A stretch of 64,000 nt of DNA from Thermoplasmata archaeon (GCA_022750335.1 JAKIVX010000004.1:5162-69161), one strand, 5' to 3'. Counted from the stretch's first letter, positions 8,488-18,661 are shown. Made by a program: numbers and translations. Notes: a model not told the origin generated them from the sequence alone.

Positions 8488-9464
8488 GCGCGCCGATCCT
8501 CGTCGTCGCGGAAGGGTCGGACGGTCGCCTGGGTGGTCCTACCCTCGAATCGATCTCGGTCGCCCGCACGCTGGGAGGGGGCCCGGTGATCGGGTTCGCG
8601 ACCGGTCGGGCCGCGAACGAACTCGCGTCCGATTTTGGACGATTTGGCGTCGACCGCGTGCTGATCGTCCCGAACCTCGGGTCGGACGCGGTCCCGGTGG
8701 GAGTCCATGCGAACGCCGTTGCGTTCGCGGCGGATCACGTCGGAGCCGACACGGTCCTTTTCGGGGGAAGCATCTTCGGACGCGACCTCGCCGGCCATCT
8801 GGCGGTCCGCTGGAACGCCGCGGTGGCGACCGGCGTGATCGACGCCCGACGGGACGGGGCGATCGTGGAGGTGCGTCGCCCGGTCTTTGGAGGACGGGCG
8901 ACCGAGACCCGCCGACTCGAAGGGCCCCACGTGGTCCTCGCGATCCGCCTCCATGCGTTCGCCGCTCCCTCGGAGGACCCGGGCACTCCTCTCGTCGACG
9001 TCGTGGTGCCCCCGCCGGTGCTTCCGGCTCTCCTCGCTCCTCGTCGGACGTCCGTCGAGCCTTCGACGGCCGGCGCGGGACCATCGCTCGGGGACGCCTC
9101 GATCGTGGTGTCGGGGGGGCGCGGGGTTCGGGCGGCGGAAAACTTTCAGCTCGTGGAAGAGCTCGCGGCCTCCCTCGGAGCGGCGGTCGGGGCGTCTCGG
9201 GCGGTGACCGACGCCGGCTGGCGTCCCTCGTCGTTCCAGGTCGGCCAGACCGGCCGCTCCGTCTCCCCGCAGCTCTACGTCGCTGTGGGCATCTCGGGAG
9301 CGATCCAGCATCTCGTGGGAATGCTGAGCTCGCGCGTGATCGTCGCCATCAACTCCGACCCGAGTGCCCCGATCTTCCGAGTGGCCGACTACGGGATCGT
9401 CGGCGACCTGTTCCAGATCCTGCCCGCCCTGACCGCCGAGATCCGGCGGGTCCGCGGGTCGTAG
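8484..9464 (+). CDS. etfA: electron transfer flavoprotein alpha subunit
   Basis: ATGA overlap with etfB. The C-terminal FAD block is [46 protein letters not shown]. Confidence 0.9.
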   Translation: MSAPILVVAEGSDGRLGGPTLESISVARTLGGGPVIGFATGRAANELASDFGRFGVDRVLIVPNLGSDAVPVGVHANAVAFAADHVGADTVLFGGSIFGRDLAGHLAVRWNAAVATGVIDARRDGAIVEVRRPVFGGRATETRRLEGPHVVLAIRLHAFAAPSEDPGTPLVDVVVPPPVLPALLAPRRTSVEPSTAGAGPSLGDASIVVSGGRGVRAAENFQLVEELAASLGAAVGASRAVTDAGWRPSSFQVGQTGRSVSPQLYVAVGISGAIQHLVGMLSSRVIVAINSDPSAPIFRVADYGIVGDLFQILPALTAEIRRVRGS

Positions 9465-10002
9465 CGGTTCGTCGCGTCGGTTCGACCCACGACGGGCGCC
9501 GCAGCCAGAGCCGCATCTCGTTGGCCGGCTCGAACCCCAGGCGCTCGTAGACTGGCCTCCCCTGGTCGGCCGCGTGCAACGTCACGCGCTGGGCGCCGGA
9601 CGTTCGTGCGACCCGCACCAGCTCCTTCACGATCGCGGACGCGATTCCCTGTCGCTGGTGGTCCGGGTCGGTGTACATCGAGAGGATGTAGGGGGTCACC
9701 GCCCGGGAAAGTCCGGGTCGCGGTTGCTGCGGCATGAACCAGATCGCCCCCGATCCCACCGGGCGGCCGTCCTCAGTGGCCACGAAGGCAACGATCGTAC
9801 CCGAGCGCAACCGGGGGCGCAGCCATCGACCGTAGGGAGCGGCGTGGGACCGGAGCTGGTCCGGAGTGTGGTGACCGATCGCCCGGAACATTTCCACCCG
9901 ATGGTGGAGGAGGACCGGAAGGTCCTCGAGCAGGGCCCGTCGGAGGCGGTACCGTCGACGGGGCCCGACGGTCGAGAGCCGGGTCTTCCCGCGACCTGCC
10001 AT
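9349..10002 (-). CDS. GNAT family N-acetyltransferase
   Basis: Starts at [10 protein letters not shown] (ATG 10002, 1-nt overlap with the fixC stop). Acetyl-CoA motif [33 protein letters not shown]. The last ~40 codons are Arg/Gly-rich and antisense to the etfA 3' end. Confidence 0.75.
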   Translation of the reverse strand: MAGRGKTRLSTVGPRRRYRLRRALLEDLPVLLHHRVEMFRAIGHHTPDQLRSHAAPYGRWLRPRLRSGTIVAFVATEDGRPVGSGAIWFMPQQPRPGLSRAVTPYILSMYTDPDHQRQGIASAIVKELVRVARTSGAQRVTLHAADQGRPVYERLGFEPANEMRLWLRRPSWVEPTRRTATTRGPAGSRRSGRAGSGTGRRRSRSRPLGRSGHSGRS

Positions 10003-11303
10003 CAGAGGTCCCGAGCGAGGCTCGCTCCGTCCTTGAGGAGCGTCGTCGTCCGGAGGCCGGCGGTCTTCTGAGCCGCGCGCACGATCTTTCGTATCGGTTG
10101 TTTCCGGGCCCCGGTCTCGGTCAGGAGAGCGTGGAAAAGTGCGGTCGCGAACCGAGGATAGACCGTGTAGAACCGGGAGTTCCACTTCACCCGGTCCATC
10201 GACTCGAAGTCCCGAAAGTCGGAGAGGATGCCGGTGGATTCGAGCCGTCGGTGATACTCTTCCAATCGGGAGGCGGATGAGTCCTTGGCCTTCTTCGACC
10301 CGAGGGCCGTCTCGGCGGCCTCGAGGCCGCTGCGGATCGCGTAGTTCATGCCTTGGATCACGATCCCGTTCGAGAAGACGAACCCGGCCGCATCGCCCAC
10401 CACCATCCAGCCGTCGCCGTGGAAGGCTGCCGGCCGGCTCGCCCAACCCGAACTGATCAGCTTGGCCCCGTACTCGACCAACTCGGCGCCCTTGAGGCGT
10501 GCGGCGATCGTCGGATGGAGCCGAAACTGTTCGATCAACTCCTGCGAGTAGACCCCGCGTCCGAACAGCGACTGGATGTTGAGGATGAGACCGACCGAGA
10601 TCGTGTCCGCGTTCGTGTAGAGGAACCCGCCCCCCATCACCCCCGGGACGAACTGTCCCGCGACCCACTCCTCGGCGTGACCTTCCCCGGGTCCTAGCTG
10701 GAATCGTTCCTCGATGCGACCGGGGTCGAGCTGGTACACCTCCTTGATCCCGAGCTCGGTCGCCGCCGGGTCTAGCCGGGGTTGGGGTCGGATCGGCGTT
10801 CCGAGCGCGAGACGGGAGTTCGCCCCATCGGCGAGGATCGTGACGGGGGCCGTCATCGTCTCGCCGCCCTGCACGATCCCGTGCACCCGGGAACCCTCCC
10901 AATTCAATCGGTCGACCGGGACGCTCGTGACGACGGTCGCTCCCGCTTCCTCGGCCTTCTTCGCGAGCCAAGCATCGGTGCGGGCCCGGAGGACGGAATG
11001 AGCGACGTACGGCTCCCGGCGCCAGGTCGCGTCATCGAAGTCGAATGACACGGCACTGTCGGTGGAGAGGAAGCCGAACCGTTTGCGGACGATGTGGCGT
11101 TCGACCGGCATCTCGTGCCACCACTCGGGCAGGATCCGGTCGAGGTCGTGACCCCAGAGGATCCCCCCCGAGAGATTCTTGGATCCGGCTTCAGCTCCCC
11201 GCTCGAGCAGGAGCACGTTCGCTCCGCCCTGGGCGAGGCGGATCGCCGCCGAGGAACCGGCCATCCCGGCACCCACGACAATCACGTCGAAGTCGTCCGC
11301 CAT
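10002..11303 (-). CDS. fixC: FixC-like ETF:quinone oxidoreductase flavoprotein
   Basis: 433 aa with the FAD fingerprint DVIVVGAGMAGSSAAIRLA and GDAAGFV, and overall FixC/ETF-QO-like length. Confidence 0.85.
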   Translation of the reverse strand: MADDFDVIVVGAGMAGSSAAIRLAQGGANVLLLERGAEAGSKNLSGGILWGHDLDRILPEWWHEMPVERHIVRKRFGFLSTDSAVSFDFDDATWRREPYVAHSVLRARTDAWLAKKAEEAGATVVTSVPVDRLNWEGSRVHGIVQGGETMTAPVTILADGANSRLALGTPIRPQPRLDPAATELGIKEVYQLDPGRIEERFQLGPGEGHAEEWVAGQFVPGVMGGGFLYTNADTISVGLILNIQSLFGRGVYSQELIEQFRLHPTIAARLKGAELVEYGAKLISSGWASRPAAFHGDGWMVVGDAAGFVFSNGIVIQGMNYAIRSGLEAAETALGSKKAKDSSASRLEEYHRRLESTGILSDFRDFESMDRVKWNSRFYTVYPRFATALFHALLTETGARKQPIRKIVRAAQKTAGLRTTTLLKDGASLARDL

Positions 11304-11421
11304 GGGCTGTCGTCTCGAGACGTGGAGGCAGTTTAACTCTGCTCCGGCCGGTCGCCGAGCTCTCGGTGCCCGAAATGTACGATAGAGGAGTGCCGAGGTG
11401 TCCCCCGGAAGCGGGTGCGCC

Positions 11422-12084
11422 CTAGCGGGGCGGAGTCGGGGGCATCGGGGCGGCCGGGGGAGGGGACGGCGGAGGATAGTTCGGGTTCAGGAGGTTCTGG
11501 GTCGCGTCCTCGATATGCTTCTGGAATCGGAACGGATTGGGGATGCCCTTCCAATCCTCGTTGCCGACGCGGGTCCCGCCTTCGGAGCTGATCCGGACGG
11601 TCCCGTACCCGAGTACACGCTGGAAGACACCCTGGTGCACGTCCACGCCCCGGACCTGGTTGACCGGGATCTGATCGAAGTCGCGGCCGAGGATGCCTTT
11701 CTGGATGATGACCCGTCGGGAGCTGACCGCATACACCGTCGCGATCCATCGGAGGTAGCGGACGAGTAGCCAGAGCAGCCCGATGAGGAAGAGCACGAGG
11801 TAGGCGAGGGTGACGTACATGGAGGCGCTCGAACTGTGCGTGAAATGGTTGAGACTGAGGTAATCGGTGAGGCGACCCCACGACGGGATGCTGGAATAGC
11901 CGGGGTGCGCCGAGGCGAGTGCGACGAGGCCCCAGAACACGGTCCAGAGGAGCGGACCGGGGAAGTAGTACAACTTCGTGCCCCGGGTCTCCTCGAGCAG
12001 GTACTCCTGGTCCGCCAGGTAGGTCGCTTTGAGGTGCTTGGGCATTATCCGCGTCGTCGTCGGAGAGGCCATCGCGGCGCCCAC
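11422..12084 (-). CDS. membrane protein with bacterial PH (bPH_2/YdbS-like) domain and Pro-rich tail
   Basis: Two TM helices followed by VYAVSSRRVIIQKGILGRDFDQIPVNQVRGVDVHQGVFQRVLGYGTVRI. The C-terminus is NYPPPSPPPAAPMPPTPP. Confidence 0.65.
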   Translation of the reverse strand: MGAAMASPTTTRIMPKHLKATYLADQEYLLEETRGTKLYYFPGPLLWTVFWGLVALASAHPGYSSIPSWGRLTDYLSLNHFTHSSSASMYVTLAYLVLFLIGLLWLLVRYLRWIATVYAVSSRRVIIQKGILGRDFDQIPVNQVRGVDVHQGVFQRVLGYGTVRISSEGGTRVGNEDWKGIPNPFRFQKHIEDATQNLLNPNYPPPSPPPAAPMPPTPPR

Positions 12085-12130
12085 GCCGCCCGCCCCAGAT
12101 AACTTCTCGCGCGGAGTGCCGCCGACCCGT

Positions 12131-12140
12131 CTTATATCAA
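12131..12140 (+). promoter_or_regulatory. TATA box candidate for the amidohydrolase gene (leaderless geometry)
   Basis: cttatatcaa lies 24-30 nt upstream of ATG 12162. Confidence 0.4.
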
Positions 12141-12161
12141 CGGCCCCGCTTCGGCGCCCCG

Positions 12162-13013
12162 ATGGGCGTTACCGACTGCCACGTGCACATCAACCCGATC
12201 TGGGAGATGCGTCCCGACGCGGCCGAGCTGCTCGGTTTTCCCGGCGCCGCGCCAGTGCATTTCCTGAAGGACCCTGCGGCGTTCTTGGAGTATCTGGATA
12301 CCTCCGGCGTCGACCGGGCCGCGCTGATCAACTACGTCGCGCCCGACGTCATCGGGTACACCGAGAAAGCGAACGACTTTGTGAGCGAATACTCCCGGGA
12401 GAACCCGGAACGACTCCTCGCCGTAGGAGGCATCCGTCCGGATCATCCGGACCCTGAGAAGGAGGTCGGGCGTCTCGCGGAGCAGCTCCACCTGCGGGCG
12501 ATTAAACTTCACCCTCCGCACCAAGGATTCCGGCCGAACGCCTACGTCGATGGGGAGCTCCCGGGCCTTCGGGCGATCTATGGCGCCTGCGTACGGTACG
12601 AGCTCCCGGTGATCTTCCACACAGGGACCAGCGTGTTCCCCCGGGCCCGCAACCGGTTCGCGGACCCGATGATGTTGGACGATGTCGCGGTGGACTTTCC
12701 CGACCTCACGATCGTGCTCGCCCACGGAGGTCGGCCGATCTGGATGGAGTCGGCGGTGTTCCTCACGCGACGATTCCCGAACGTATGGCTCGAAGTCAGC
12801 GGAATCCCGCCGGCCCGCGTGCTCGAGTATTTTCCAACCCTGCCTCGCCTCTCGGATAAGGTCCTCTTCGGAACCGACTGGCCGGGTCCGGGGGTCAAGG
12901 ACATCCGGGCCAACCTGGAGGCGTTCCGGGCGGTCGGACTCAGCACGTCGGCGCTCGAACAGATTCTCGAGCTCAATCCGCTGCGCGTCTTTCCTCGCCG
13001 GGGGCCGACCTGA
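12162..13013 (+). CDS. amidohydrolase-2 family metal-dependent hydrolase (TIM barrel)
   Basis: DCHVHINP, KLHPPHQGF, VIFHTG, LAHGGRP and FGTDWP form the metal-ligand pattern of COG2159/ACMSD-like hydrolases. Confidence 0.8.
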   Translation: MGVTDCHVHINPIWEMRPDAAELLGFPGAAPVHFLKDPAAFLEYLDTSGVDRAALINYVAPDVIGYTEKANDFVSEYSRENPERLLAVGGIRPDHPDPEKEVGRLAEQLHLRAIKLHPPHQGFRPNAYVDGELPGLRAIYGACVRYELPVIFHTGTSVFPRARNRFADPMMLDDVAVDFPDLTIVLAHGGRPIWMESAVFLTRRFPNVWLEVSGIPPARVLEYFPTLPRLSDKVLFGTDWPGPGVKDIRANLEAFRAVGLSTSALEQILELNPLRVFPRRGPT

Positions 13014-13110
13014 AATACTGGGCCCGGCTCCGAGGCCCGTGACCACTTCCTCCGGCCCGGCCGACGTCGACGGGATCCCTCCCAGCCCCGTCGGCGAAGA
13101 GCCGGCACCA

Positions 13111-13470
13111 GTGCTCGAGCCCGTCGAGGTCAACGAGGATGTGGGCCGCCTCCCGCTGCCCCGCCGGACCCGGGGCGAGGTCTTCGCCATCGCGAACCAA
13201 TTGCTCGGCGCTGCGCGGATCCGCGTGATGTCCGAGGACAATGTCCCGCGGATGGGTCGCATCACCGGGAAAATGAAGAAGAAGATGTGGATCCGGGAAG
13301 GCGACCTCCTGATCATCCGCCCGTGGGGGTTCCAGGAAGGCAAGGCCGACATCCTGTTCCGCTACAGCCGGACCCAGGCTCAGTACCTCGCGCGGCGCAA
13401 CATCTTGCCTCCGTCCGTGAATCTGTTCGGCTCGTCCGAGACGAAGTCGGAGCCCACGCCGTCCACGTAG
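13111..13470 (+). CDS. eif1a: translation initiation factor aIF-1A
   Basis: RGEVFAIANQLLGAARIRVMSEDNVPRMGRITGKMKKKMWIREGDLLIIRPWGFQEGKADILFRY is the S1-like aIF-1A core. Start is GTG 13111 or GTG 13141. The upstream part of the 262-aa track ORF overlaps the amidohydrolase and is discarded. Confidence 0.85.
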   Translation: MLEPVEVNEDVGRLPLPRRTRGEVFAIANQLLGAARIRVMSEDNVPRMGRITGKMKKKMWIREGDLLIIRPWGFQEGKADILFRYSRTQAQYLARRNILPPSVNLFGSSETKSEPTPST

Positions 13471-13477
13471 GAGGTAC

Positions 13478-14974
13478 ATGGGGGCGCCGATCGGTCGTCC
13501 CGTCACCTCCGAGGAGATGGCCGTCGCGGAAGCGAACGCTCAGGCCCTCGGGGTCTCGACCGACGTCCTGATGGAAAATGCGGGACGGGTCGTCGCCGAG
13601 GAGGCGATCCGCTCACTTCCGGGACCGGGCGCGCGCGTGGCGGTCGTCGCCGGGCCGGGGAACAACGGAGGCGACGGCACCTGCGCGACCCACTACCTCC
13701 TCGACTGGGGGTTCCACCCGGAGATCTGGCTGGTCCGGCCCCCGAACCAGATCCGTTCCGGAGCCGCTCGCCGCTGTTTCGAGCGAGTCGCGCGCCGGTG
13801 CCCGGTCCATCTCGGAATCCCGCGGGCCGACGAGCTCGCGGGCTTTCCCCTCATCGTGGACGCCCTCCTCGGCACCGGGCAGTCCGGGATCTTGCGTCCT
13901 CCCTTTGCGGAGGCGGTGCGCGCGATCCGGACGAGCGGAGCCCCCATCCTCTCGGTCGACCTGCCCACCGGAACCTCCGACCCCGACGGTCTGCGCCCCC
14001 AGCGGACGGTCGCCCTCGCGGCGCCGAAGGTCGAGTTCGCGACCGCATCCCCGGGCGAGGTGACGGTCCGCGACATCGGGATCCCCGAGGGCGCCTGGCG
14101 AGAGACGGGCCCCGGAGATTTCCTCTTCCTCCGATCCGCCCGCGGGGCCGACGGCCGAGGCCGGACGGGTCGGCTGGTCATCATCGGAGGGGGACCCTAC
14201 GCCGGGGCCCCCGCCCTGGCCGGCCTGGCGGCGCTCCGTTCCGGTGCGGAGCGGGCGACCATCTTTGCGCCCGGTGGACCCGCCGAGCGGATCCAGTCGT
14301 TCAGTCCGAATCTGATCGTCCGCGGGTTCGGGCGCGACCGCTTTGCGTCGGCCGACGTGGGACCGATCCTCCGCTACCTCGACCAGGCACCCCCGCGCGC
14401 GGTCGTCATCGGGATGGGCGCCGGCGTGGAGTCGGAGACCGTGGAGGCGTTGCGGAGTCTGCTCCGGTCGATCGTGGGGCGGTACCCGGTTGTGGTCGAC
14501 GCGGACGCCCTGGCCGTCCTCCCGGACCTCGTGCGGGGCCGCCCGCCGGCGCGCCCGGTGATCGCCACGCCGAACGGAGGCGAGTTCGTCCGGGTGTTCC
14601 AGGGTCCCAAGGACGGCTCTTCCGAAGCGCGACGGGCCGCCGCCCAGACGGCGAGCCGGGAGCTCGGGATCACCCTCGTCGCCAAGGGAGACCCCGACCT
14701 TATCACCGAGGGAGATCGGATCTACGAGAACCGTCACCACGCCCTGTCGATGACGGTCGGAGGAGCGGGCGATGTGCTCGCGGGCGTGCTGGGCTCCCTC
14801 CTCGCCCAGGGACTCAGTCCGACGGGCGCAGCACTCCTTGGAACCTACTGGGTCGGCGAAGCCGGATTGCGCGTCGCCGCGCTGCGCGGGGACGGATTGG
14901 TGGCGACCGACCTCATCGAAGAACTGCCGGCCGTGCTGGTGGCCGGTCTCCACCGGGTCCGTCACCCGGAGTGA
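13478..14974 (+). CDS. nnr: bifunctional NAD(P)H-hydrate epimerase / ADP-dependent dehydratase
   Basis: 498 aa. The YjeF_N block is VVAGPGNNGGDG and the C-terminal carbohydrate-kinase block is GGAGDVLAGVLG. Confidence 0.9.
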   Translation: MGAPIGRPVTSEEMAVAEANAQALGVSTDVLMENAGRVVAEEAIRSLPGPGARVAVVAGPGNNGGDGTCATHYLLDWGFHPEIWLVRPPNQIRSGAARRCFERVARRCPVHLGIPRADELAGFPLIVDALLGTGQSGILRPPFAEAVRAIRTSGAPILSVDLPTGTSDPDGLRPQRTVALAAPKVEFATASPGEVTVRDIGIPEGAWRETGPGDFLFLRSARGADGRGRTGRLVIIGGGPYAGAPALAGLAALRSGAERATIFAPGGPAERIQSFSPNLIVRGFGRDRFASADVGPILRYLDQAPPRAVVIGMGAGVESETVEALRSLLRSIVGRYPVVVDADALAVLPDLVRGRPPARPVIATPNGGEFVRVFQGPKDGSSEARRAAAQTASRELGITLVAKGDPDLITEGDRIYENRHHALSMTVGGAGDVLAGVLGSLLAQGLSPTGAALLGTYWVGEAGLRVAALRGDGLVATDLIEELPAVLVAGLHRVRHPE

Positions 14975-14980
14975 GCCCGG

Positions 14981-15631
14981 TCAGACGTACCGCATCCGGC
15001 CGCGGATCTCTTTCGCCCGCTGGCGGACGTCCTTCGCTCCCGAAGGGTGGCCCTCGGCGTAGCCCTCATAGAAGGCCCGGAGCAGCGCTTCGGATTTCGG
15101 ATGCAGTGCCTTGAGATCCCCTTCGGCCAGATGCAGGTCGATCCCGAGCTCCTCGAGGCCCGGGCTCCGGCTGCCCATCGAGAGGTCGATGAACGCGGGA
15201 GCACCGCCGGGCCCGGACGGAAACAGGACGTTCGAACTCGTGAGGTCCCCGTGCGAGATGCCGCCCGCGTGGAGCCGCCCGAGGGCGGTGCCGAAAGCGC
15301 GAACCGCTCGCGCGACCGCCTCGGGCGGCTGCAGCGCGTCCTCCAGGATCTCCTTCAGCGTCGGACCCGGGAGCTCCTCGAGGATGAGCCGGTGGCGGGG
15401 CAGGTCGATGTCGTACAGGATCGGGGTGCGGATGCCGAGTCGTCGCGCGTCGACCAAGAGGCGGGCCTCGGTACGGGTTCGTTCCCGGCGCAACCGGTCG
15501 TCGAGTGCCTTGGGACGGTAGTTCTTCGCATCCCGCTCCTTCGAGAGCGCCGGAAACCCCCACCAGTCGACCCGGCGCAGGGCCGCTTCGGCGCCCCGAG
15601 CGACCGGAGCCTCTTCGGTGGTCTCGGGCAT
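14981..15631 (-). CDS. bud32: KEOPS complex kinase Bud32
   Basis: 216 aa atypical small kinase with ..RTRTEARLLVDARRLGIRTPILYDID.. and HGDLTSSNVLF. Confidence 0.8.
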   Translation of the reverse strand: MPETTEEAPVARGAEAALRRVDWWGFPALSKERDAKNYRPKALDDRLRRERTRTEARLLVDARRLGIRTPILYDIDLPRHRLILEELPGPTLKEILEDALQPPEAVARAVRAFGTALGRLHAGGISHGDLTSSNVLFPSGPGGAPAFIDLSMGSRSPGLEELGIDLHLAEGDLKALHPKSEALLRAFYEGYAEGHPSGAKDVRQRAKEIRGRMRYV

Positions 15632-15642
15632 CCCGGCCTCCG

Positions 15643-16518
15643 CTAGTGGCTCGGTCGGCTCGCGACCTGGCGAACGATCGCCTCGCGCGCGAGACGCGCG
15701 GCGAGCGCGCTCGTGTTGCCCGTGTCGTAATGCGGGCTGACCTCCATGATATCCATCCCGACCAGGCGGGGGGCGGCTTGTCCGATGACGTACTTGACGT
15801 CCCGAGGGGTCAGCCCGAACGGCTCGGGGGTGCCCGTGCCTCCGGCGTAGGCCGGATCGATGGCGTCGATGTCGAGGGAGATGTAGAGGCGGTCGGTGCG
15901 GAGCATGTTGAGCGCCCGCTGGACCGCCGACTCGATCCCTTCGCGCGCGATCTCGTGGGCGGTGACGTAGGACATCCCGAGCGTCTTGTTGTCGTCCATC
16001 TCCTCGGCCGACACGGACCGGACGCCCATCACGACGATGTTCCGGGCCCCGACCTTCTCGAGGATACGGCGCGAAGAGCAGCCGTGGCTCCTCCGATCGC
16101 CGAGATAGCTCGACCGGAAGTCCATGTGCGCGTCCAGGTAGAGCACCCCGAGGCTCGGGGCCCCGTCCGGGTAGGCCTCGACCACCGGCGGGGAGCAGGC
16201 ATGGTCGCCGCCGAGGACGATCGGGACCTTGCCGGCCGCGTAGAGGGGTCGGATCTCCTCACGGAGGGAATCGGCCATCGCTTCGGCGGTACCGAATTCC
16301 TCGGTATTGCCGAGGTCGTGGATCGGGACATCGTGGAGGTCGATCCCGGTCTCGAGGTCGTACGATTCGAAATTCCAGGAGTGCTGGCGGATGGAATCCG
16401 GCCCGAAGCGGGCGCCCGGTCGGAACGACGTGGTGCGGTCGAACGGCACTCCGACGACGACGTACTCGGCCTCGTCGAGCGGGGTCGAGGCGTCCGCGAA
16501 GGTGGTGGGCCGTTGCAC
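15643..16518 (-). CDS. speB: agmatinase / arginase-family ureohydrolase
   Basis: Mn-ligand blocks LGGDHACS, YLDAHMDF and SLDIDAIDP. Start moved to GTG 16518 because the track ORF start (16638) would overlap the upstream MFS gene. Confidence 0.85.
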   Translation of the reverse strand: MQRPTTFADASTPLDEAEYVVVGVPFDRTTSFRPGARFGPDSIRQHSWNFESYDLETGIDLHDVPIHDLGNTEEFGTAEAMADSLREEIRPLYAAGKVPIVLGGDHACSPPVVEAYPDGAPSLGVLYLDAHMDFRSSYLGDRRSHGCSSRRILEKVGARNIVVMGVRSVSAEEMDDNKTLGMSYVTAHEIAREGIESAVQRALNMLRTDRLYISLDIDAIDPAYAGGTGTPEPFGLTPRDVKYVIGQAAPRLVGMDIMEVSPHYDTGNTSALAARLAREAIVRQVASRPSH

Positions 16519-16537
16519 GGACGACGGACGGCGGTGG

Positions 16538-16547
16538 GCTATATCAC
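16538..16547 (-). promoter_or_regulatory. TATA box candidate (gtgatatagc) for speB
   Basis: Lies in the 34-nt gap after the MFS stop, 22-27 nt upstream of GTG 16518. Identical 10-mer to 6504-6513. Confidence 0.4.
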
Positions 16548-16552
16548 ACCGG

Positions 16553-17758
16553 TCACGAGAGGGGCGGCGCGCCCGCTCCCGCGAGGGGGACGTCGGAAGG
16601 GACGCGGAGCAGGCGGGCCCGGATCCCCATCTCTCCATACAGGAACTCCATCACGACCAGCGAGAGGATCGTGGTGGCGATCGCCATCCAGAACAGGCCG
16701 GCATATCCCCAGAACTCGAGGAAGACCGCGCCGACGAGCGGGCCGATGCTCCACATCGTCGAATTGATGAGCGAGAAGAAGCCGAGATACTCGGCGCGGT
16801 GACCCTCGGGCGCGACGCCGGCCACGTACACTTGCATGCCGGGGCCCACCAAGGAGAGGCCGGCGTTCCGCACCGCCTGGCCGGGCAGGGTGTCGACCCA
16901 TTCTGTGGCGGCGAGGAAGATCCCGTAAGACGCGAGCGTGAGCACGGTTCCGTACCAGATCCCACGAATGGCCCCCCGTCGATCGATCATCCGCCCGAGT
17001 GGCAGCGAGACCAACGCGCCGGTCAAGAGCCCCGCGATCGCGACCAGGCTCACTTCGAAGTCGTTCGCCCCGAGGCTGTACGCGAGATACCCGTAGAAGG
17101 TCGCGACCGCCCCGCTCCCGATCGCCCGGATCGAGACGGCGAACGAGAACGCGGCGACCGGGGCCATCTCCCGGAGGGGACGCCGGTGGGGCGTGGGAGT
17201 GACGCGACTTTCCGGGACCAGGAAGATGACGACCGAAATCGTTCCGACCATCACCGCGACGACGAATGGGAACAGGACGGTGAGGCCGAACCAGTAGGTG
17301 AGCGCCCCGGCGAGGACGAACCCCACGACCGCCCCGGCGTTCGAAGTGGCGTTGAGCAGCCCGTAGCCCTCGCCCCGTTCGTCCGTTCGGGTGACGTCCG
17401 CGACGTACGCGGTGTAGGCCGGGCCCCCGATGGCGAGCGCAAGCTCCGCGGCGATGAACAACGCCCCCGAGAGTTCCCAGCCGGGTGCGAACGTGATCGC
17501 GAGGAACAACGGGAACGCCGCCGCCTCCCCGAGGAGAAGGAACGGTCGGCGACGGCCGACCCGGTCCGAAAGTCGCCCCACCAGCGGCCCGATGAGGCTC
17601 GCCGGAACGTAGGCCAGGCTGAGGATGGCGAGCGCTACCGGGAGGGAGGCCCCCTTCACCTCGACGAGGAAGAGGGGGAGGAACACGATGAAGAGACCGC
17701 CGCGATTGCTCGCCAGCAGGGAGTAGAGGGAGAGGGACAGGAGCTCCCGCCGGACCAC
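16553..17758 (-). CDS. MFS transporter
   Basis: 401 aa, about 12 predicted TM helices, loop 2-3 motif GRLSDRVGRRRP. Confidence 0.85.
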   Translation of the reverse strand: MVRRELLSLSLYSLLASNRGGLFIVFLPLFLVEVKGASLPVALAILSLAYVPASLIGPLVGRLSDRVGRRRPFLLLGEAAAFPLFLAITFAPGWELSGALFIAAELALAIGGPAYTAYVADVTRTDERGEGYGLLNATSNAGAVVGFVLAGALTYWFGLTVLFPFVVAVMVGTISVVIFLVPESRVTPTPHRRPLREMAPVAAFSFAVSIRAIGSGAVATFYGYLAYSLGANDFEVSLVAIAGLLTGALVSLPLGRMIDRRGAIRGIWYGTVLTLASYGIFLAATEWVDTLPGQAVRNAGLSLVGPGMQVYVAGVAPEGHRAEYLGFFSLINSTMWSIGPLVGAVFLEFWGYAGLFWMAIATTILSLVVMEFLYGEMGIRARLLRVPSDVPLAGAGAPPLS

Positions 17759-17873
17759 GCCGGTCGAACGGCCCCGATTAGATAGGATTCCCCCCGCGCG
17801 CCGCGGGCGCTCCCGATCGCGGGCCGGATGGGTTAAGAGATAGAAATGGCCTCAACTCCGGAGGAGGGAGAGG

Positions 17874-18659
17874 ATGACGGACAGCGAGCTGGTCAGCCGG
17901 AAGAGCGAGGAGGACGGGGTCGAGATCCTCATCCTGAAGAACCCCCCCGTGAACGCGCTCAGCACCGCGCTGCTCACCGCGCTGGACCGACACCTCACCG
18001 CCATCGAGGGTGACGCGACGGTGCGGGCGGTGATCCTGACGGGGGACGGCCAGTATTTCAGTGCCGGTGCCGACCTGAAGGAGATGGCGACCCTGGACCT
18101 CGCGAGCGCTCCGGACCTCGTCCGACGCGGCCATGCCCTGTTCGCCCGGATCGCGGGCCTTCGGGTCCCGGTCGTGGCGGCGATCAACGGGCTCGCCCTC
18201 GGGGGCGGACTCGAACTCGCTCTGTCCGCCGACCTCCGCGTGGCGGGGGACTCGGCGAAGCTCGGAGCCCCCGAGGTCAACTACGGCCTGATGCCCGCCT
18301 ACGGGGGAACCCAGCGACTCCCGCGCGTGGTGGGCCTTTCAAAGGCGAAGGAACTGATCTTCACCGGGGCGATGATCCCGGCGACCGAGGCGCTCCGGAT
18401 CGGCCTCGTTAACAAGACCGTCCCTGCGGGTCAGGAACTGCGCGCCGCGCGGGACCTCGCCCACACCATCGCCCAAAAAGCGCCCAAGGCGGTCCAGGCC
18501 GCGAAGCGTGCCATCAACGAAGGGTCCTCGAGGCCGCTCGCTGAAGGGATCGAGATCGAAACCGGGCTTTTCGCTTCCCAGGTGCTCCCCTCGAAGGACC
18601 TCGGCGAAGGGATCCTCGCGTTCGTCGAACGTCGACCCCCGAAGTTCGAGGGGGCTTGA
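17874..18659 (+). CDS. enoyl-CoA hydratase/isomerase (crotonase family)
   Basis: ILTGDGQYFSAGADLKEM, VAAINGLALGGGLELAL and GAPEVNYGLMPAYGGTQRL. Confidence 0.9.
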   Translation: MTDSELVSRKSEEDGVEILILKNPPVNALSTALLTALDRHLTAIEGDATVRAVILTGDGQYFSAGADLKEMATLDLASAPDLVRRGHALFARIAGLRVPVVAAINGLALGGGLELALSADLRVAGDSAKLGAPEVNYGLMPAYGGTQRLPRVVGLSKAKELIFTGAMIPATEALRIGLVNKTVPAGQELRAARDLAHTIAQKAPKAVQAAKRAINEGSSRPLAEGIEIETGLFASQVLPSKDLGEGILAFVERRPPKFEGA

Positions 18660-18661
18660 CG

